Assembly (NCBI GenBank): GCA_049606355.1
Contig: JBMYVL010000002.1
Coordinates: 180,001 to 212,000 of the forward strand
DNA length: 32,000 nucleotides
Direction of reading: 5' to 3'
DNA from: Opitutales bacterium
GTDB taxonomy: Bacteria; Verrucomicrobiota; Verrucomicrobiia; Opitutales; Coraliomargaritaceae
The translations under genes were made by a program, and so were the position numbers. A model generated the notes under the pieces. It worked only from the letters and a program-made list of their open reading frames with translations. It had not been told where the DNA came from and searched no databases. The stretch's first letter is position 1. The number at the start of each line of letters is the position of its first letter. This document shows, piece by piece, positions 9,525-20,955 of this stretch.

Positions 9525-9998
9525 ATGGAACAGCTCATCATTATCGCAAGTTTAGGGCGTGTCCGAGTTCTGCAGTCAGCCAATGGCGAGATTCCTGCCG
9601 GTCACGCACACCTCACGGAGTCGCCCAATAGTTCGATTCGGATTCATTATAAAAAACGGGGCGCCATTGTCACCGATCAATCGGGGCGCTTCCGCCAAGG
9701 AAACGCCCCTTCACCACAAACAAACCAGCATGTCGGCATGTCGTACGGAGAGGCACACAACCTCGAATCCGAACTCGACAAACAAGCCCTGCGCGAAGTT
9801 GCTCAGGCAATCATCGGGGTCCTCAAGCATGAAAACTACCCGCAATGGCGATTGATCTTCCCGCGCACCCATCTCACGGAGCTCTTACGCTCCCTCCCCT
9901 TGGTCGTTCTCGATTGCTTAACGCAAAGTACGGGCGGCGATTGGACCAAGCTACCCACCGCAGAGATTGAGAAACGCCTGCTCCACCCTGCAGCGTAA
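9525..9998 (+). CDS. Hypothetical protein, host-attachment (Host_attach) / baeRF-like
   Basis: 157 aa from the ATG at 9525; the track start at 9444 is GTG. The layout resembles my memory of host-attachment proteins. It has an N-terminal strand (LIIIASLGRVRVLQ), a polar Gly-rich middle, a helix (LREVAQAIIGVL), then WRLIFPRTHLTELLRSLP and a C-terminal GDWTKLPTAEIEKRL. No HMM was run. Confidence 0.4.
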   Translation: MEQLIIIASLGRVRVLQSANGEIPAGHAHLTESPNSSIRIHYKKRGAIVTDQSGRFRQGNAPSPQTNQHVGMSYGEAHNLESELDKQALREVAQAIIGVLKHENYPQWRLIFPRTHLTELLRSLPLVVLDCLTQSTGGDWTKLPTAEIEKRLLHPAA

Positions 9999-10022
9999 TA
10001 CGGCCGATGGCACCCATTGGCG

Positions 10023-10979
10023 ATGAACCATAATCAGAAACTTCACCATCCCTCGCTGTTAGCAGTTTGGCCGGGTATGGGAGCAGTCGCCACCAGCGCG
10101 GGCTACTATTTAATTTCAAAGCTGGGTATGCACCTGCATACAGAATATCCACCGCAAAAATTTTTCGAGTTGTCGCATGTCGACGTCAAAAGCGGCCTCA
10201 TACAAAGTGCGCGCCTGCCGCGCAGTCGTCTGTTTGTATGGCACGATCCGCACGCACAGCACGATTTACTGGTGTTTATCGGCGAGGCACAACCGGCGGC
10301 GATGAGTAATGATTTTTGTAACAACCTCATTAGCCACGCCAAGCGCCTCGGGGTGAAAGATGTGTTCACCTTTGCCGCGATCGCGACTCGCATGCGCCCC
10401 GAAAATACGTCGCGGGTATTCGGCGCGGCCATCGACCGCCGTCACCTCTCGACCTTTCGCAGTGCTCAAGTCGAGCTCCTCGACGAAGGCCGTATTAGCG
10501 GTCTCAATGGCGTGCTCTTGGAGATCGCTGCGGAGAGTGGCATGCTTGGCGGCTGTTTGCTCGGTGAGATGCCCTTTGCCTTCCCACAGCTGCCCTTTCC
10601 GAAAGCTTCTCTAGCGGTGCTCACCACATTTACCCAAATCCTCGGCATCGAGCTCGATTTTGGTGAGCTGCGCCACCAGGCCGAACGGATGGAGAACGAA
10701 CTTGGCAAACTCTTGCATGATCTGGAAGACGCCATTGAGCAGCACGGAGAGGTCCTCCCGAGCGAGGGCAGTACCGAAGCGGATGCCGAAACCGAGCCGG
10801 ACGAGCCGATGCTGAGCACCGATGATCAAGTTAAAATCGAGGACCTGTTTGCCAGTGCCCGCGAAGATCGCGCACGCGCCTACGAGCTGAAACAAGAGCT
10901 CGACCGCCTTAAAGTATTTCACGCCTACGAAGATCGCTTTTTGGATTTATTCAAAAAGCCCAACTCAGATCACGACTAA
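10023..10979 (+). CDS. PAC2 (proteasome assembly chaperone 2 / PbaA-like) family protein with an acidic coiled-coil C-terminal tail
   Basis: Core motifs are consistent with PAC2/COG1938-type proteins: LLAVWPGMGAVATSAGYYL, LLVFIGEAQP, ISGLNGVLLEIAAESGMLGGCLLGEMP, PKASLAVLTTFTQILGIELDFGEL. The last 75 aa or so are acidic and helical. I chose the ATG at 10023; the track start at 10017 is TTG. Confidence 0.6.
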   Translation: MNHNQKLHHPSLLAVWPGMGAVATSAGYYLISKLGMHLHTEYPPQKFFELSHVDVKSGLIQSARLPRSRLFVWHDPHAQHDLLVFIGEAQPAAMSNDFCNNLISHAKRLGVKDVFTFAAIATRMRPENTSRVFGAAIDRRHLSTFRSAQVELLDEGRISGLNGVLLEIAAESGMLGGCLLGEMPFAFPQLPFPKASLAVLTTFTQILGIELDFGELRHQAERMENELGKLLHDLEDAIEQHGEVLPSEGSTEADAETEPDEPMLSTDDQVKIEDLFASAREDRARAYELKQELDRLKVFHAYEDRFLDLFKKPNSDHD

Positions 10980-11044
10980 GCCGTCGACGCAGTGGCTACA
11001 CGCCATGTACTCATTGCCGCCGAGCGGCACCCTCGCCGCAGCGC

Positions 11045-11070
11045 ACAAAAAAGCCGCCCAACTGGACGGC
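11045..11070 (-). terminator. Rho-independent terminator downstream of rplS
   Basis: On the minus strand: GCCGTCC-AGTT-GGGCGGC (6 of 7 bp stem) followed by TTTTTT. It lies between the convergent PAC2-like and rplS genes. Confidence 0.5.
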
Positions 11071-11097
11071 TTTCGCAAAGATTCGCTGGCTGCGCCG

Positions 11098-11463
11098 CTA
11101 CTTGGATTCGTACAGGCGCTTTTCCTTCACCTGGTTCGCGGCCTTACCAATGCGGTCGCGGAGGTAGTACATGCGGGCACGCATGGTGATCGACTCGCGA
11201 TCCACCTCGACCTTTTCGATCGACGGGCTGTGTACCGGAAAGACCTTTTCCACGCCGACACCCGAAGCGATACGGCGCACCGTAAATGTCTCGGCGATGC
11301 CTCCCCCCTTACGAGCGATCACGATACCTGCAAAAATCTGGATACGTGTCTTGTTACCTTCCTTAACTTTTAAGTGCACGCGCACACCGTCGCCCACCTT
11401 AAAATCGGCGCGGTCGTCCAATTGTTGTTCTTTAGTGATCTCTTCGAGGATTGCTTGGCTCAT
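11098..11463 (-). CDS. rplS: 50S ribosomal protein L19
   Basis: FKVGDGVRVHLKVKEGNKTRIQIFAGIVIARKGGGIAETFTVRRIASGVGVEKVFPVHSP is a canonical L19 core. Confidence 0.97.
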   Translation of the reverse strand: MSQAILEEITKEQQLDDRADFKVGDGVRVHLKVKEGNKTRIQIFAGIVIARKGGGIAETFTVRRIASGVGVEKVFPVHSPSIEKVEVDRESITMRARMYYLRDRIGKAANQVKEKRLYESK

Positions 11464-11465
11464 TA

Positions 11466-12152
<687 letters not shown>

Positions 12153-12183
12153 GACAGCGGGCCGAGTTTCGCTCTGGCAGGTG

Positions 12184-12486
12184 CTAGGCCTCAGCCGGTG
12201 CTTCGACTTCAGCAGCAGCGGGTGCTTCGGCAGCAGGTGCCGCGCGGCGCGCCTTGCGGATCAGGCTGGCTGCGGTGTCGGTTGGCTTCGCGCCGACGGA
12301 CTTCCAGTAATCCACACGCTCAAGCTTCACCTTGAGTTCATTCTCAGGCTTGCTGGCCTGCGGCTCATAAGTGCCGAGGACTTCAACAAAGCGGCCATCG
12401 CGGCGCGCGGATGCTTCAGTCACAACCATGCGGTAGAACGGACGGTGGCTTGCGCCATGACGTTGGAGACGTATTTTAAGTGCCAT
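12184..12486 (-). CDS. rpsP: 30S ribosomal protein S16 with an Ala/Pro/Glu-rich C-terminal tail
   Basis: MALKIRLQRHGASHRPFYRMVVTEASARRDGRFVEVLGTYEP is a canonical S16 N-terminus. The tail is APAAEAPAAAEVEAPAEA. Confidence 0.97.
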   Translation of the reverse strand: MALKIRLQRHGASHRPFYRMVVTEASARRDGRFVEVLGTYEPQASKPENELKVKLERVDYWKSVGAKPTDTAASLIRKARRAAPAAEAPAAAEVEAPAEA

Positions 12487-12616
12487 AATAAAAATAAAGG
12501 ACGGCGAGCTGCCGGAAATTGAGAAAAGCGAAGAAAAAAGGCGCTGCCCGCCACCCTGTCAAGTGCAGAACCCGATGAATTCACGCTGCAGCCCGAGCGG
12601 ACCGCGGTAGGCGTAC

Positions 12617-12865
12617 CTAGGCATCAGGCACGACCACATCGGGAGAATCTGTCCACGGCAGCGGAAACGCACATTTTTGCCAGTCGTCACGCTCGTCGCC
12701 GATTTTCGCAAAGGCGTCCTCCTGACCACCGATCAGTACGCCGGAAAATTTGTAGCGGTTTTCCCGACCCGTCAGGCGCACGATGCGCCGCCCATTATAA
12801 GAATGCAGGGTGCGCGGTTGGCTGTAATCAATCTGACGTTGGGTCGACATGGTTCGCGAATGCAT
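12617..12865 (-). CDS. Small hypothetical protein (about 77-82 aa)
   Basis: ORF with ATG at 12865 or 12850; longer upstream starts would overlap the ferredoxin gene. My hand count of third-position GC is about 62%, similar to neighbouring genes. I recognise no family motif. Confidence 0.35.
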   Translation of the reverse strand: MHSRTMSTQRQIDYSQPRTLHSYNGRRIVRLTGRENRYKFSGVLIGGQEDAFAKIGDERDDWQKCAFPLPWTDSPDVVVPDA

Positions 12866-12911
12866 GATTGCATATCCGAGTTTGCATTTCGGTGACAAGT
12901 CATTTGCGTGA

Positions 12912-13178
12912 ATGCGTATGGCGAAAATCATTTTTAAGAAATCCGACGTCGAACTCGAGTGGGACGGCTCCGAAGAATCCATCCTCGAACTTGCCGAGGC
13001 CAACGACCTCGACCTTGATTACGGCTGCCGCATGGGGAACTGTACCGCTTGCCAGCAACCGGTACTATCCGGCGCCGTTGAGTACCTCAGCGGCCATACC
13101 GGCGAGCCCGATGCGGGCTGCGAGCTGCTGTGCTGCTGCCAGCCCAAGGGCGACGACGATCTGGTGATCGATGCCTAA
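12912..13178 (+). CDS. Plant-type 2Fe-2S ferredoxin-like protein
   Basis: Cluster ligand pattern [10 protein letters not shown] (C-X4-C-X2-C) plus a distal Cys in LLCCCQP about 29 residues later. 86-88 aa (ATG at 12912 or 12918). Confidence 0.8.
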   Translation: MRMAKIIFKKSDVELEWDGSEESILELAEANDLDLDYGCRMGNCTACQQPVLSGAVEYLSGHTGEPDAGCELLCCCQPKGDDDLVIDA

Positions 13179-13192
13179 GCCCGCGCGTCCGG

Positions 13193-13990
13193 TTAGCTGG
13201 CAGGCTTTGCCAGCTCAATACGCTCAAAGTGTTTAGCCAGACCACTGGCCGCATCGACGTCAATCAGGCATCCCGCGAGGCGCACATCTTCGGCCGCCAT
13301 TGGAAAGCGGCGCTTCATGCCGTCTAAAAAGCTCTGTATCACCGGTTCCACCTCGCGTCCGAGGACGGATTGATAGGGGCCACACATCCCGGCATCACTT
13401 TGATAAGCCGTCCCGCCCGGCAGCACCCGCCCATCGGCAGTCGGCACATGGGTATGGGTGCCGATCACCGCGACTGCACGGCCATCCAAATGCCAGCCCA
13501 GCGCGACTTTCTCCGAGGTAGCTTCCATGTGTGCCTCCGCAAACACTGCATCGCAGCCCGCCTGCTTCAACTCGGTGTACAGACGATCCGCACATTTAAA
13601 CGGGCACTCATCCGACTTCATTTTCAGGTAGTTACGCCCCAACACGGTGAACAGGCCCAGCTTAAAGCCATCGCGCTCGACGATCAGCGAGCTGCGCCCC
13701 GGGTTGCACGCAGGTAAATTTGCCGGACGGCACACTGCATCCAAGTTATCGATTTCAGACTCAAAGTTTTTCTGATCCCAGACGTGATCACCCAAGGTAA
13801 TCGCATCGACCCCCGCATCCAGCAAGGCTTCGGCGATCCTTTGCGTGATCCCTGCCCCACCTGCAGCATTTTCTGCATTGGCCACCACGATGGTCGCGCC
13901 CAGCTCCGCCCGTAGTGTCGGCAGGCGCTCAATCACAAAGTCGCGCCCCGGACGCCCATTAATGTCCCCCAGAAATAAAATCTTTGGCAT
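13193..13990 (-). CDS. YmdB-like metallophosphoesterase (TIGR00282 family 2',3'-cyclic-nucleotide phosphodiesterase)
   Basis: [38 protein letters not shown] and [10 protein letters not shown] are metallophosphoesterase motifs. I chose the ATG at 13990 (MPKILFLGD). Confidence 0.85.
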   Translation of the reverse strand: MPKILFLGDINGRPGRDFVIERLPTLRAELGATIVVANAENAAGGAGITQRIAEALLDAGVDAITLGDHVWDQKNFESEIDNLDAVCRPANLPACNPGRSSLIVERDGFKLGLFTVLGRNYLKMKSDECPFKCADRLYTELKQAGCDAVFAEAHMEATSEKVALGWHLDGRAVAVIGTHTHVPTADGRVLPGGTAYQSDAGMCGPYQSVLGREVEPVIQSFLDGMKRRFPMAAEDVRLAGCLIDVDAASGLAKHFERIELAKPAS

Positions 13991-14131
13991 GGCGGAAACG
14001 CTGCGCCAATTTCTTGCGCGCCGCAAGACCGATCGGTGCTTGATTTAGCGTCGATTTACTGTCTTTTTGCTCCCCTTTCATGCAGGTCATTCGCCTGCAC
14101 CGCATCAACCACACCCTTAAACCACACTAAA

Positions 14132-15916
<1,785 letters not shown>

Positions 15917-15941
15917 GCCACTGCGCTGTTTCATCTTTCAC

Positions 15942-15975
15942 AACGAGCCTCCCACTGCGGAGGCTCGTTTTTTTA
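15942..15975 (+). terminator. Rho-independent terminator after ilvB
   Basis: Perfect 11-bp stem AACGAGCCTCC (15942-15952) / GGAGGCTCGTT (15959-15969), loop CACTGC, followed by a T-run. Confidence 0.75.
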
Positions 15976-16033
15976 TGCTCCGGCACGACATCCAAACTTG
16001 TTTCAGCGGTACGCCTCTCCACACTGAGCCCCG

Positions 16034-16645
16034 ATGCACTTGCTCCTCCTCACTCCCTTCCTCACCGCTGCGATCGGCTGGCTGACCAACTGGGTCGCGA
16101 TTCAGATGCTGTTTCACCCACGGCAACCGCGCCGCCTACTATGGATTCAATGGCAGGGATTGATCCCTCGCCGCCAACAGCAGCTCGCCGCAGAGGCCGC
16201 TGAAATCATCGAGCGCGAGATCCTCCAGCAGCATATGATTTTGCACGAGATCAAGAAGGTCGAGCTCGGCCCCTACCTGCAGGAGGCCGCACACAAACTC
16301 GTCTGGGATCGCATTGGCCCGCAGCTGCAGTCGATCCCACTGCTGGGTAGTTTCATCAACGACAGTGCCCTGGCACGCTTTGAAGTGATCGCCAAGGAGG
16401 CCATTCAGGCAGAGGCCGCACCGCTCATCGAAAAAGTCGCGACCGAGTTTGAAGCCTCCGTCGACCTCAAGCAAATGATTGAGGATAATATTGCCGCCTT
16501 CGACCTCGCCCGCCTCGAGACCATTGTCAATCAAGTGGCGCAGCGCGAATTTCGTACCATTGAACGCCTCGGCGCAGTACTCGGCTTTCTGATCGGCATC
16601 GTACAGGTCGCCCTGCTGTGGGCCACGGGTACGATCAGCTACTAA
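16034..16645 (+). CDS. DUF445-family membrane protein
   Basis: N-terminal AAIGWLTNWVAIQMLFHPRQP...GLIPRRQ is the DUF445 signature region. There is a C-terminal TM (VLGFLIGIVQVALLW). Confidence 0.7.
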   Translation: MHLLLLTPFLTAAIGWLTNWVAIQMLFHPRQPRRLLWIQWQGLIPRRQQQLAAEAAEIIEREILQQHMILHEIKKVELGPYLQEAAHKLVWDRIGPQLQSIPLLGSFINDSALARFEVIAKEAIQAEAAPLIEKVATEFEASVDLKQMIEDNIAAFDLARLETIVNQVAQREFRTIERLGAVLGFLIGIVQVALLWATGTISY

Positions 16646-17469
16646 CCGAGCGGGGCATGCGTGCTGCCGGGCACGGTGGCCAGCCCCATCGTCTCGGTAC
16701 AAAACGCATGCAACTCCGCCGCCAGAGGCGCAGTCAAAACCTCCGCAGCGTCGGGAAATTCAAAGCTGTACTGATAACAGTGGAGCGCCTGACGCGGTAA
16801 CGGCAGCGCGGCCTGCAAGCGCGGCGTCCAGCCGTTTTCGATAAAGTCGAGGTACAGCGTCTCATCCGGTCCGTAGATTTTGTCGCCGACTACTTTATGG
16901 TCGAGCCACTCCGCATGCACGCGAATCTGGTGCTTCCGACCTGTGTGCGGCTGCACCTGCACCAGCGTGTAGCCACCGCCGGTTGCCAGCGGCGTAAAAT
17001 CCGTCACCGCTGCCTGAGCGCCTTTAATGTAGCTCACCTCATTTTTCACATGCACAGGACCAGTACCGCTCTTACGCCGCGCGATTGACTGATCGACATG
17101 AATCGACTCGCTGAGCGTACCCTCCAGGATCGCCAGATAGGTCTTCTTTACGATGCGGTTTTGAATCGCCATTTGATACTTGCGCGCCATCGCCGGACGC
17201 TTGGCAAAGACGACCAGGCCGCTGGTTTCACGATCGAGCCGCGCGACCAAGTGCAACTTGTCTGCACCCGTGTATTCGCGCACTGCACCCACCAGACTCG
17301 ACAACGGGCCGTTCTTAGACGGGTGACACACCAACCAACCGGGCTTGTTGAGAACCAGCAGGTCCTCGTCATCGCGCAGGATCCATGTCTTGAGCTCGTC
17401 CAGATCGACCAGCGGGGCCGTTTCGCCATAAGGTCGTATGTTTAGCCTTAATTCATCCATGCTTAGCAT
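16642..17469 (-). CDS. RluA-family pseudouridine synthase (no S4 domain)
   Basis: LLVLNKPGWLVCHP and the catalytic motif HLVARLDRETSGLVVFAK, then KKTYLAILEG and TGRKHQIRVH. Confidence 0.88.
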   Translation of the reverse strand: MLSMDELRLNIRPYGETAPLVDLDELKTWILRDDEDLLVLNKPGWLVCHPSKNGPLSSLVGAVREYTGADKLHLVARLDRETSGLVVFAKRPAMARKYQMAIQNRIVKKTYLAILEGTLSESIHVDQSIARRKSGTGPVHVKNEVSYIKGAQAAVTDFTPLATGGGYTLVQVQPHTGRKHQIRVHAEWLDHKVVGDKIYGPDETLYLDFIENGWTPRLQAALPLPRQALHCYQYSFEFPDAAEVLTAPLAAELHAFCTETMGLATVPGSTHAPLG

Positions 17470-18307
17470 CCTTCAATTTCACCGCAGCATGCGGCTTAAA
17501 GCGCATCCTGCGCAGTAGCGCTGCACCGATACGAGCGCCCCATACCTTCGGCGCGTGTTGCCCAACCCAGGCAATGCAGCGATTCAGCCAGCCAGTGACC
17601 ACGATGGATTGACCCTTGGCGAGCGCCTCGAGCGTTCTTTGGGCAACCTCCTCAGCGCTCATATCAAAGCAGGCCTGCAGCCCGTTGCCCTGCATCGGTG
17701 GAGTGGCAAAGCCAGCTGCCTTGAAAAAGTTTGAGCGCGTCGGCCCCGGACAAACCGTCAGCGCGCGGACCTTGCTGTCACGCAGCTCGGCATCGAGCGC
17801 GAGGGACCAGTTGAGCACAAAGGCCTTACTCGCACCGTAAGTCGCCAGATACGGCGTCGCCTGAAAGCCAGCGATCGAGGCGATGTTGACCACCGCACCA
17901 CCGCGCTCTTGAAGTAGTGGCAACAAGCGGTGCGTTAAGTCCACCACTGCGCGAATATTGAGATCGATCATCGCCAGCTGTCGGTTCGCATCCGCATTCG
18001 GCTGCGGTGCATAATCGCCAAATCCACTGTTATTAATAAGGATCACCTCCCCCGGTGCTGCCTGCGCCACACAGTCACTGACCCTCGCAGCAGAAGCCGC
18101 TAACTGTGCGGCATCTGTTAAATCAGTGGGGAAATGCTCCCCCGATTTACCGAGAAAAAAGTCAGGTTTTGTCCGAGAAAGGTTGCATATCAGCAGCTCA
18201 CTATTTAACCTTAAAATTGCCTTGATGAGTGCACTGCCAATTCCCGATGAGCCGCCCGTAATCACGATTACGGCCACGCGGCTTAAAACATCTGTGGGGC
18301 TTGGCAT
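17453..18307 (-). CDS. SDR-family oxidoreductase
   Basis: Rossmann motif ITGGSSGIGSAL, NNSG, and catalytic YGASKAF (YxxxK). Confidence 0.85.
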   Translation of the reverse strand: MPSPTDVLSRVAVIVITGGSSGIGSALIKAILRLNSELLICNLSRTKPDFFLGKSGEHFPTDLTDAAQLAASAARVSDCVAQAAPGEVILINNSGFGDYAPQPNADANRQLAMIDLNIRAVVDLTHRLLPLLQERGGAVVNIASIAGFQATPYLATYGASKAFVLNWSLALDAELRDSKVRALTVCPGPTRSNFFKAAGFATPPMQGNGLQACFDMSAEEVAQRTLEALAKGQSIVVTGWLNRCIAWVGQHAPKVWGARIGAALLRRMRFKPHAAVKLKDAKHG

Positions 18308-18387
18308 TTTTTATGCATTAATGACTCGAGGTGGCGACGCCGCAGGCCTCGTCGATCAACGAGAACCTACAACCAAAGGGAAACGAT

Positions 18388-18753
18388 ATGAAGCAGCATG
18401 ACGTGATCATCTCCGGTCTCAACCTCGATCTGACAGATGCCATCAAAAACATGGTTCACTCCAAAGCCGAAAAACTCTACGAGCACGAAGATCGCATCAT
18501 ACGCATGCGCGTCGAGCTCGAATACGACCCGCACAATCGCTCCCACCAAAAAGAATTCATTGCCAAGGGGCATTTGGAAGTGCGCGGCAATGACCACGTC
18601 TGCACGGCAGAAACCGATGATCTTTACAAATCGATTGACCAGATGGTTCACAAACTGGACCGCATGCTGCGCCGCCGCGCGCGCCTACAGAAGGTGAAGC
18701 GCAAAACGACCCACATGGTCGACATCCCGGCCGCGATCCCCAAAGCGATCTAA
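18388..18753 (+). CDS. hpf: Ribosome hibernation promoting factor / RaiA family (short form with basic C-terminal tail)
   Basis: IISGLNLDLTDAIKNMVHSKAEKL...RMRVELEY is an S30AE-family fold pattern. I chose the ATG at 18388, preceded by AAAGGGA. The tail is RRRARLQKVKRK. Confidence 0.8.
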   Translation: MKQHDVIISGLNLDLTDAIKNMVHSKAEKLYEHEDRIIRMRVELEYDPHNRSHQKEFIAKGHLEVRGNDHVCTAETDDLYKSIDQMVHKLDRMLRRRARLQKVKRKTTHMVDIPAAIPKAI

Positions 18754-18773
18754 TACCGCAGCGCCCCCTTTCT

Positions 18774-18810
18774 GCCCGGTTCGCCCTGCGCGCACCGGGC
18801 TTGCTTTTTA
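18774..18810 (+). terminator. Probable terminator after hpf
   Basis: 7-bp stem GCCCGGT (18774-18780) / ACCGGGC (18794-18800), 13-nt loop, then TTGCTTTTTA. Confidence 0.45.
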
Positions 18811-18836
18811 TTTACAACGTGTAAGGCTAGCACCTC

Positions 18837-19196
18837 ATGAATCCAGCAATCTACCACACCCTCCACCTTATTGGTCTTCTCATGCTCTTTCTCGGTTATG
18901 GCGCACTCCTCGGGCGCGCTATGATCGGCAGCGGTGACACCCAAGTCCGCAAACTGGGCTCAATTACCAGTGGTATTGGCTTATTGCTGATGATTGTCGC
19001 AGGGTTCGGGCTGATGGCCAAGCTCTACAATAACAGCTTTGAGAGCTGGATGATCGCCAAGCTCGCGATCTGGATCGTGCTCGGAGGTTTAATCGCGCTG
19101 ATCAACCGCAAGCCTGCCCTCGCCGTCACGCTATGGTGGGCCTTGGTCATCCTGGGCGCACTCGGAGCTTCGCTGGTCTACCTGCGCCCCTTCTAG
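18837..19196 (+). CDS. Small integral membrane protein (about 4 TM helices), function unknown
   Basis: 119 aa. Four hydrophobic stretches (LHLIGLLMLFLGYGALL, ITSGIGLLLMIVAGFGLM, IAKLAIWIVLGGLIALI, LWWALVILGALGASLVYL). Confidence 0.6.
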   Translation: MNPAIYHTLHLIGLLMLFLGYGALLGRAMIGSGDTQVRKLGSITSGIGLLLMIVAGFGLMAKLYNNSFESWMIAKLAIWIVLGGLIALINRKPALAVTLWWALVILGALGASLVYLRPF

Positions 19197-19278
19197 CTTC
19201 TACAGCGGAACCTCACTTTTCTTAAAGTTCTGCTTGATCCGGCGCACAGACTTTGTCTTTATCCCGCCTTTCCTTAAT

Positions 19279-19355
<77 letters not shown>

Positions 19356-19360
19356 CTTTT

Positions 19361-19388
19361 AAGCCGTCTCAACTGAGGCGGCTTTTTT
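19361..19388 (+). terminator. Rho-independent terminator after tRNA-Arg
   Basis: AAGCCGTCTC-AACT-GAGGCGGCTT (one G-U pair) followed by a T-run ending at 19388. Confidence 0.7.
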
Positions 19389-19645
19389 GTTGCTTGGCAA
19401 CTCAGGTATCACATCTGGGACTTTCACCCATGGTGGTCCGTGAACTCCCCTTGCACTCATAGCAACATCCACGGCAGGTCTCCACAAACGCCAGGGAGCG
19501 AATAAACTTAAGTTTGGATTTTTAGCTGTAGTTGCGGCGTATACGGCTCTACTGCGTTTCATAAATAACCATTAAATCTTCATTACTGACTATTGCTGAT
19601 ACTGCGAACGATCATTACTATGCAATTTTATCTCTAATACTCACT

Positions 19646-20950
19646 ATGGAATATTTCAACTGCCCCCAAATTCACTACGAAGGCCCAGACTCTAAGAATC
19701 CGTTCGCCTTCAAGCACTATGATGCCGATGCCCTCATTGACGGTAAGAGCATGAAGGAACACTTGCGCTTTGCGGCGCCCTATTGGCACGTCATGCGCAA
19801 CACACTGGCAGACCCCTTTGGTGACGGAACCGCGCAGATGCCATGGGACGATGGCTCTGACTCCACAGACAATGCCCTCAAACGTGTGGATGTCTTTTTT
19901 GAGTTCTTACACAAAATGGGGATTGAGTTCTATTGCTGGCACGACCGCGACATTGCCCCAGAACTGAATGATCTTTCTGCGTCCAATGCCGCGCTAGATG
20001 CAGTCGTGGCTAAACTCAAAGAGAAGCAAACCGAAACCGGTGTACAATTACTCTGGGGAACTGCCTGCCTCTTTGCCCATCCGCGCTACTCCCAAGGTGC
20101 TGCGACCTCTCCGAATGCTGATGTCTATGCTTATGCCGCGGCGCAGGTCAAAAAGGCGCTTGAGTGCACGCATGCATTAGGCGGCCTGGGTTACACCTTC
20201 TGGGGTGGACGTGAGGGCTATGCGACCTTGCTGAACACCGATATGAAGCGGGAGCTCGATCACCTCGCCCACTTCCTGCACATGGCTGTCGAGCACGCCA
20301 AAGAAATCGGCTTTAACGGTGCCTTTTACATTGAGCCGAAGCCACGGGAACCATCGACCCACCAATACGATTCCGATGCAGCGGCTTGTTTAAACTTTTT
20401 AAGAGAGTACGACCTCCTCGAGCACTTTACACTAAATATCGAAACCAACCACGCGACTCTAGCAGGACACACGATGGAGCATGAGTTAACCGTTGCCATC
20501 AATGCTGGTAGCCTCGGCAGCATCGATGCCAACCAAGGCGATGAACTGATCGGCTGGGATACCGATCAATTCCCCACTAATATTTACTTAACGACACAGG
20601 TGATGCTGAAGGTACTTGAAATGGGTGGGTTCACCACAGGCGGCTTAAACTTTGATGCAAAACGCCGCAGAGAATCGCATGACCCGATCGATTTAATCCA
20701 CGCCCACATCGGAGGTATGGATACCTTTGCGCGCGGCTTAAAGATTGCTCAAGCAATTCGAGAAGATGGCCGCCTCGCCAACTTCGTCAAAGAGCGCTAT
20801 GCGAGCTTCGACCACGGCATTGGTGCAAAGGTCAATTCGGCGCTCACTGACTTCGCGAGCCTGGAAGCGCATGCGCTCAGTCACGGCGAACCAGAGCTCG
20901 CCAGCGGCCAGCAAGAGTTCTTGGAAAACTTAATCAACGAATTCATTTAA
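19646..20950 (+). CDS. xylA: Xylose isomerase
   Basis: [26 protein letters not shown] and [12 protein letters not shown] are xylose isomerase signature regions. 434 aa. Confidence 0.96.
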   Translation: MEYFNCPQIHYEGPDSKNPFAFKHYDADALIDGKSMKEHLRFAAPYWHVMRNTLADPFGDGTAQMPWDDGSDSTDNALKRVDVFFEFLHKMGIEFYCWHDRDIAPELNDLSASNAALDAVVAKLKEKQTETGVQLLWGTACLFAHPRYSQGAATSPNADVYAYAAAQVKKALECTHALGGLGYTFWGGREGYATLLNTDMKRELDHLAHFLHMAVEHAKEIGFNGAFYIEPKPREPSTHQYDSDAAACLNFLREYDLLEHFTLNIETNHATLAGHTMEHELTVAINAGSLGSIDANQGDELIGWDTDQFPTNIYLTTQVMLKVLEMGGFTTGGLNFDAKRRRESHDPIDLIHAHIGGMDTFARGLKIAQAIREDGRLANFVKERYASFDHGIGAKVNSALTDFASLEAHALSHGEPELASGQQEFLENLINEFI

Positions 20951-20955
20951 ATTCC

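Noticed and set aside
10466-10922. Two minus-strand ORFs (117 and 103 aa) inside the PAC2-like gene
   Set aside because: They are antisense to a frame with family motifs, and their products are Ser/Arg-rich and low-complexity.
16139-16702. 187-aa minus-strand ORF opposite the DUF445 gene
   Set aside because: The DUF445 signature on the plus strand explains the region, and the antisense product has no motifs.
19359-19562. 67-aa minus-strand ORF next to the tRNA, checked as a possible integrase or excisionase remnant
   Set aside because: It has no recombinase or HTH-like motifs, it overlaps the tRNA terminator, and it is probably spurious.
19580-19619. 8-bp direct repeat TCATTACT spaced 32 nt apart upstream of xylA, considered as a possible XylR operator
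   Set aside because: By my rough estimate, an 8-mer repeat within an AT-rich region of about 250 nt is roughly as likely as not to occur by chance. The similar TCATT...ACTATT element upstream of the regulator gene has different spacing.
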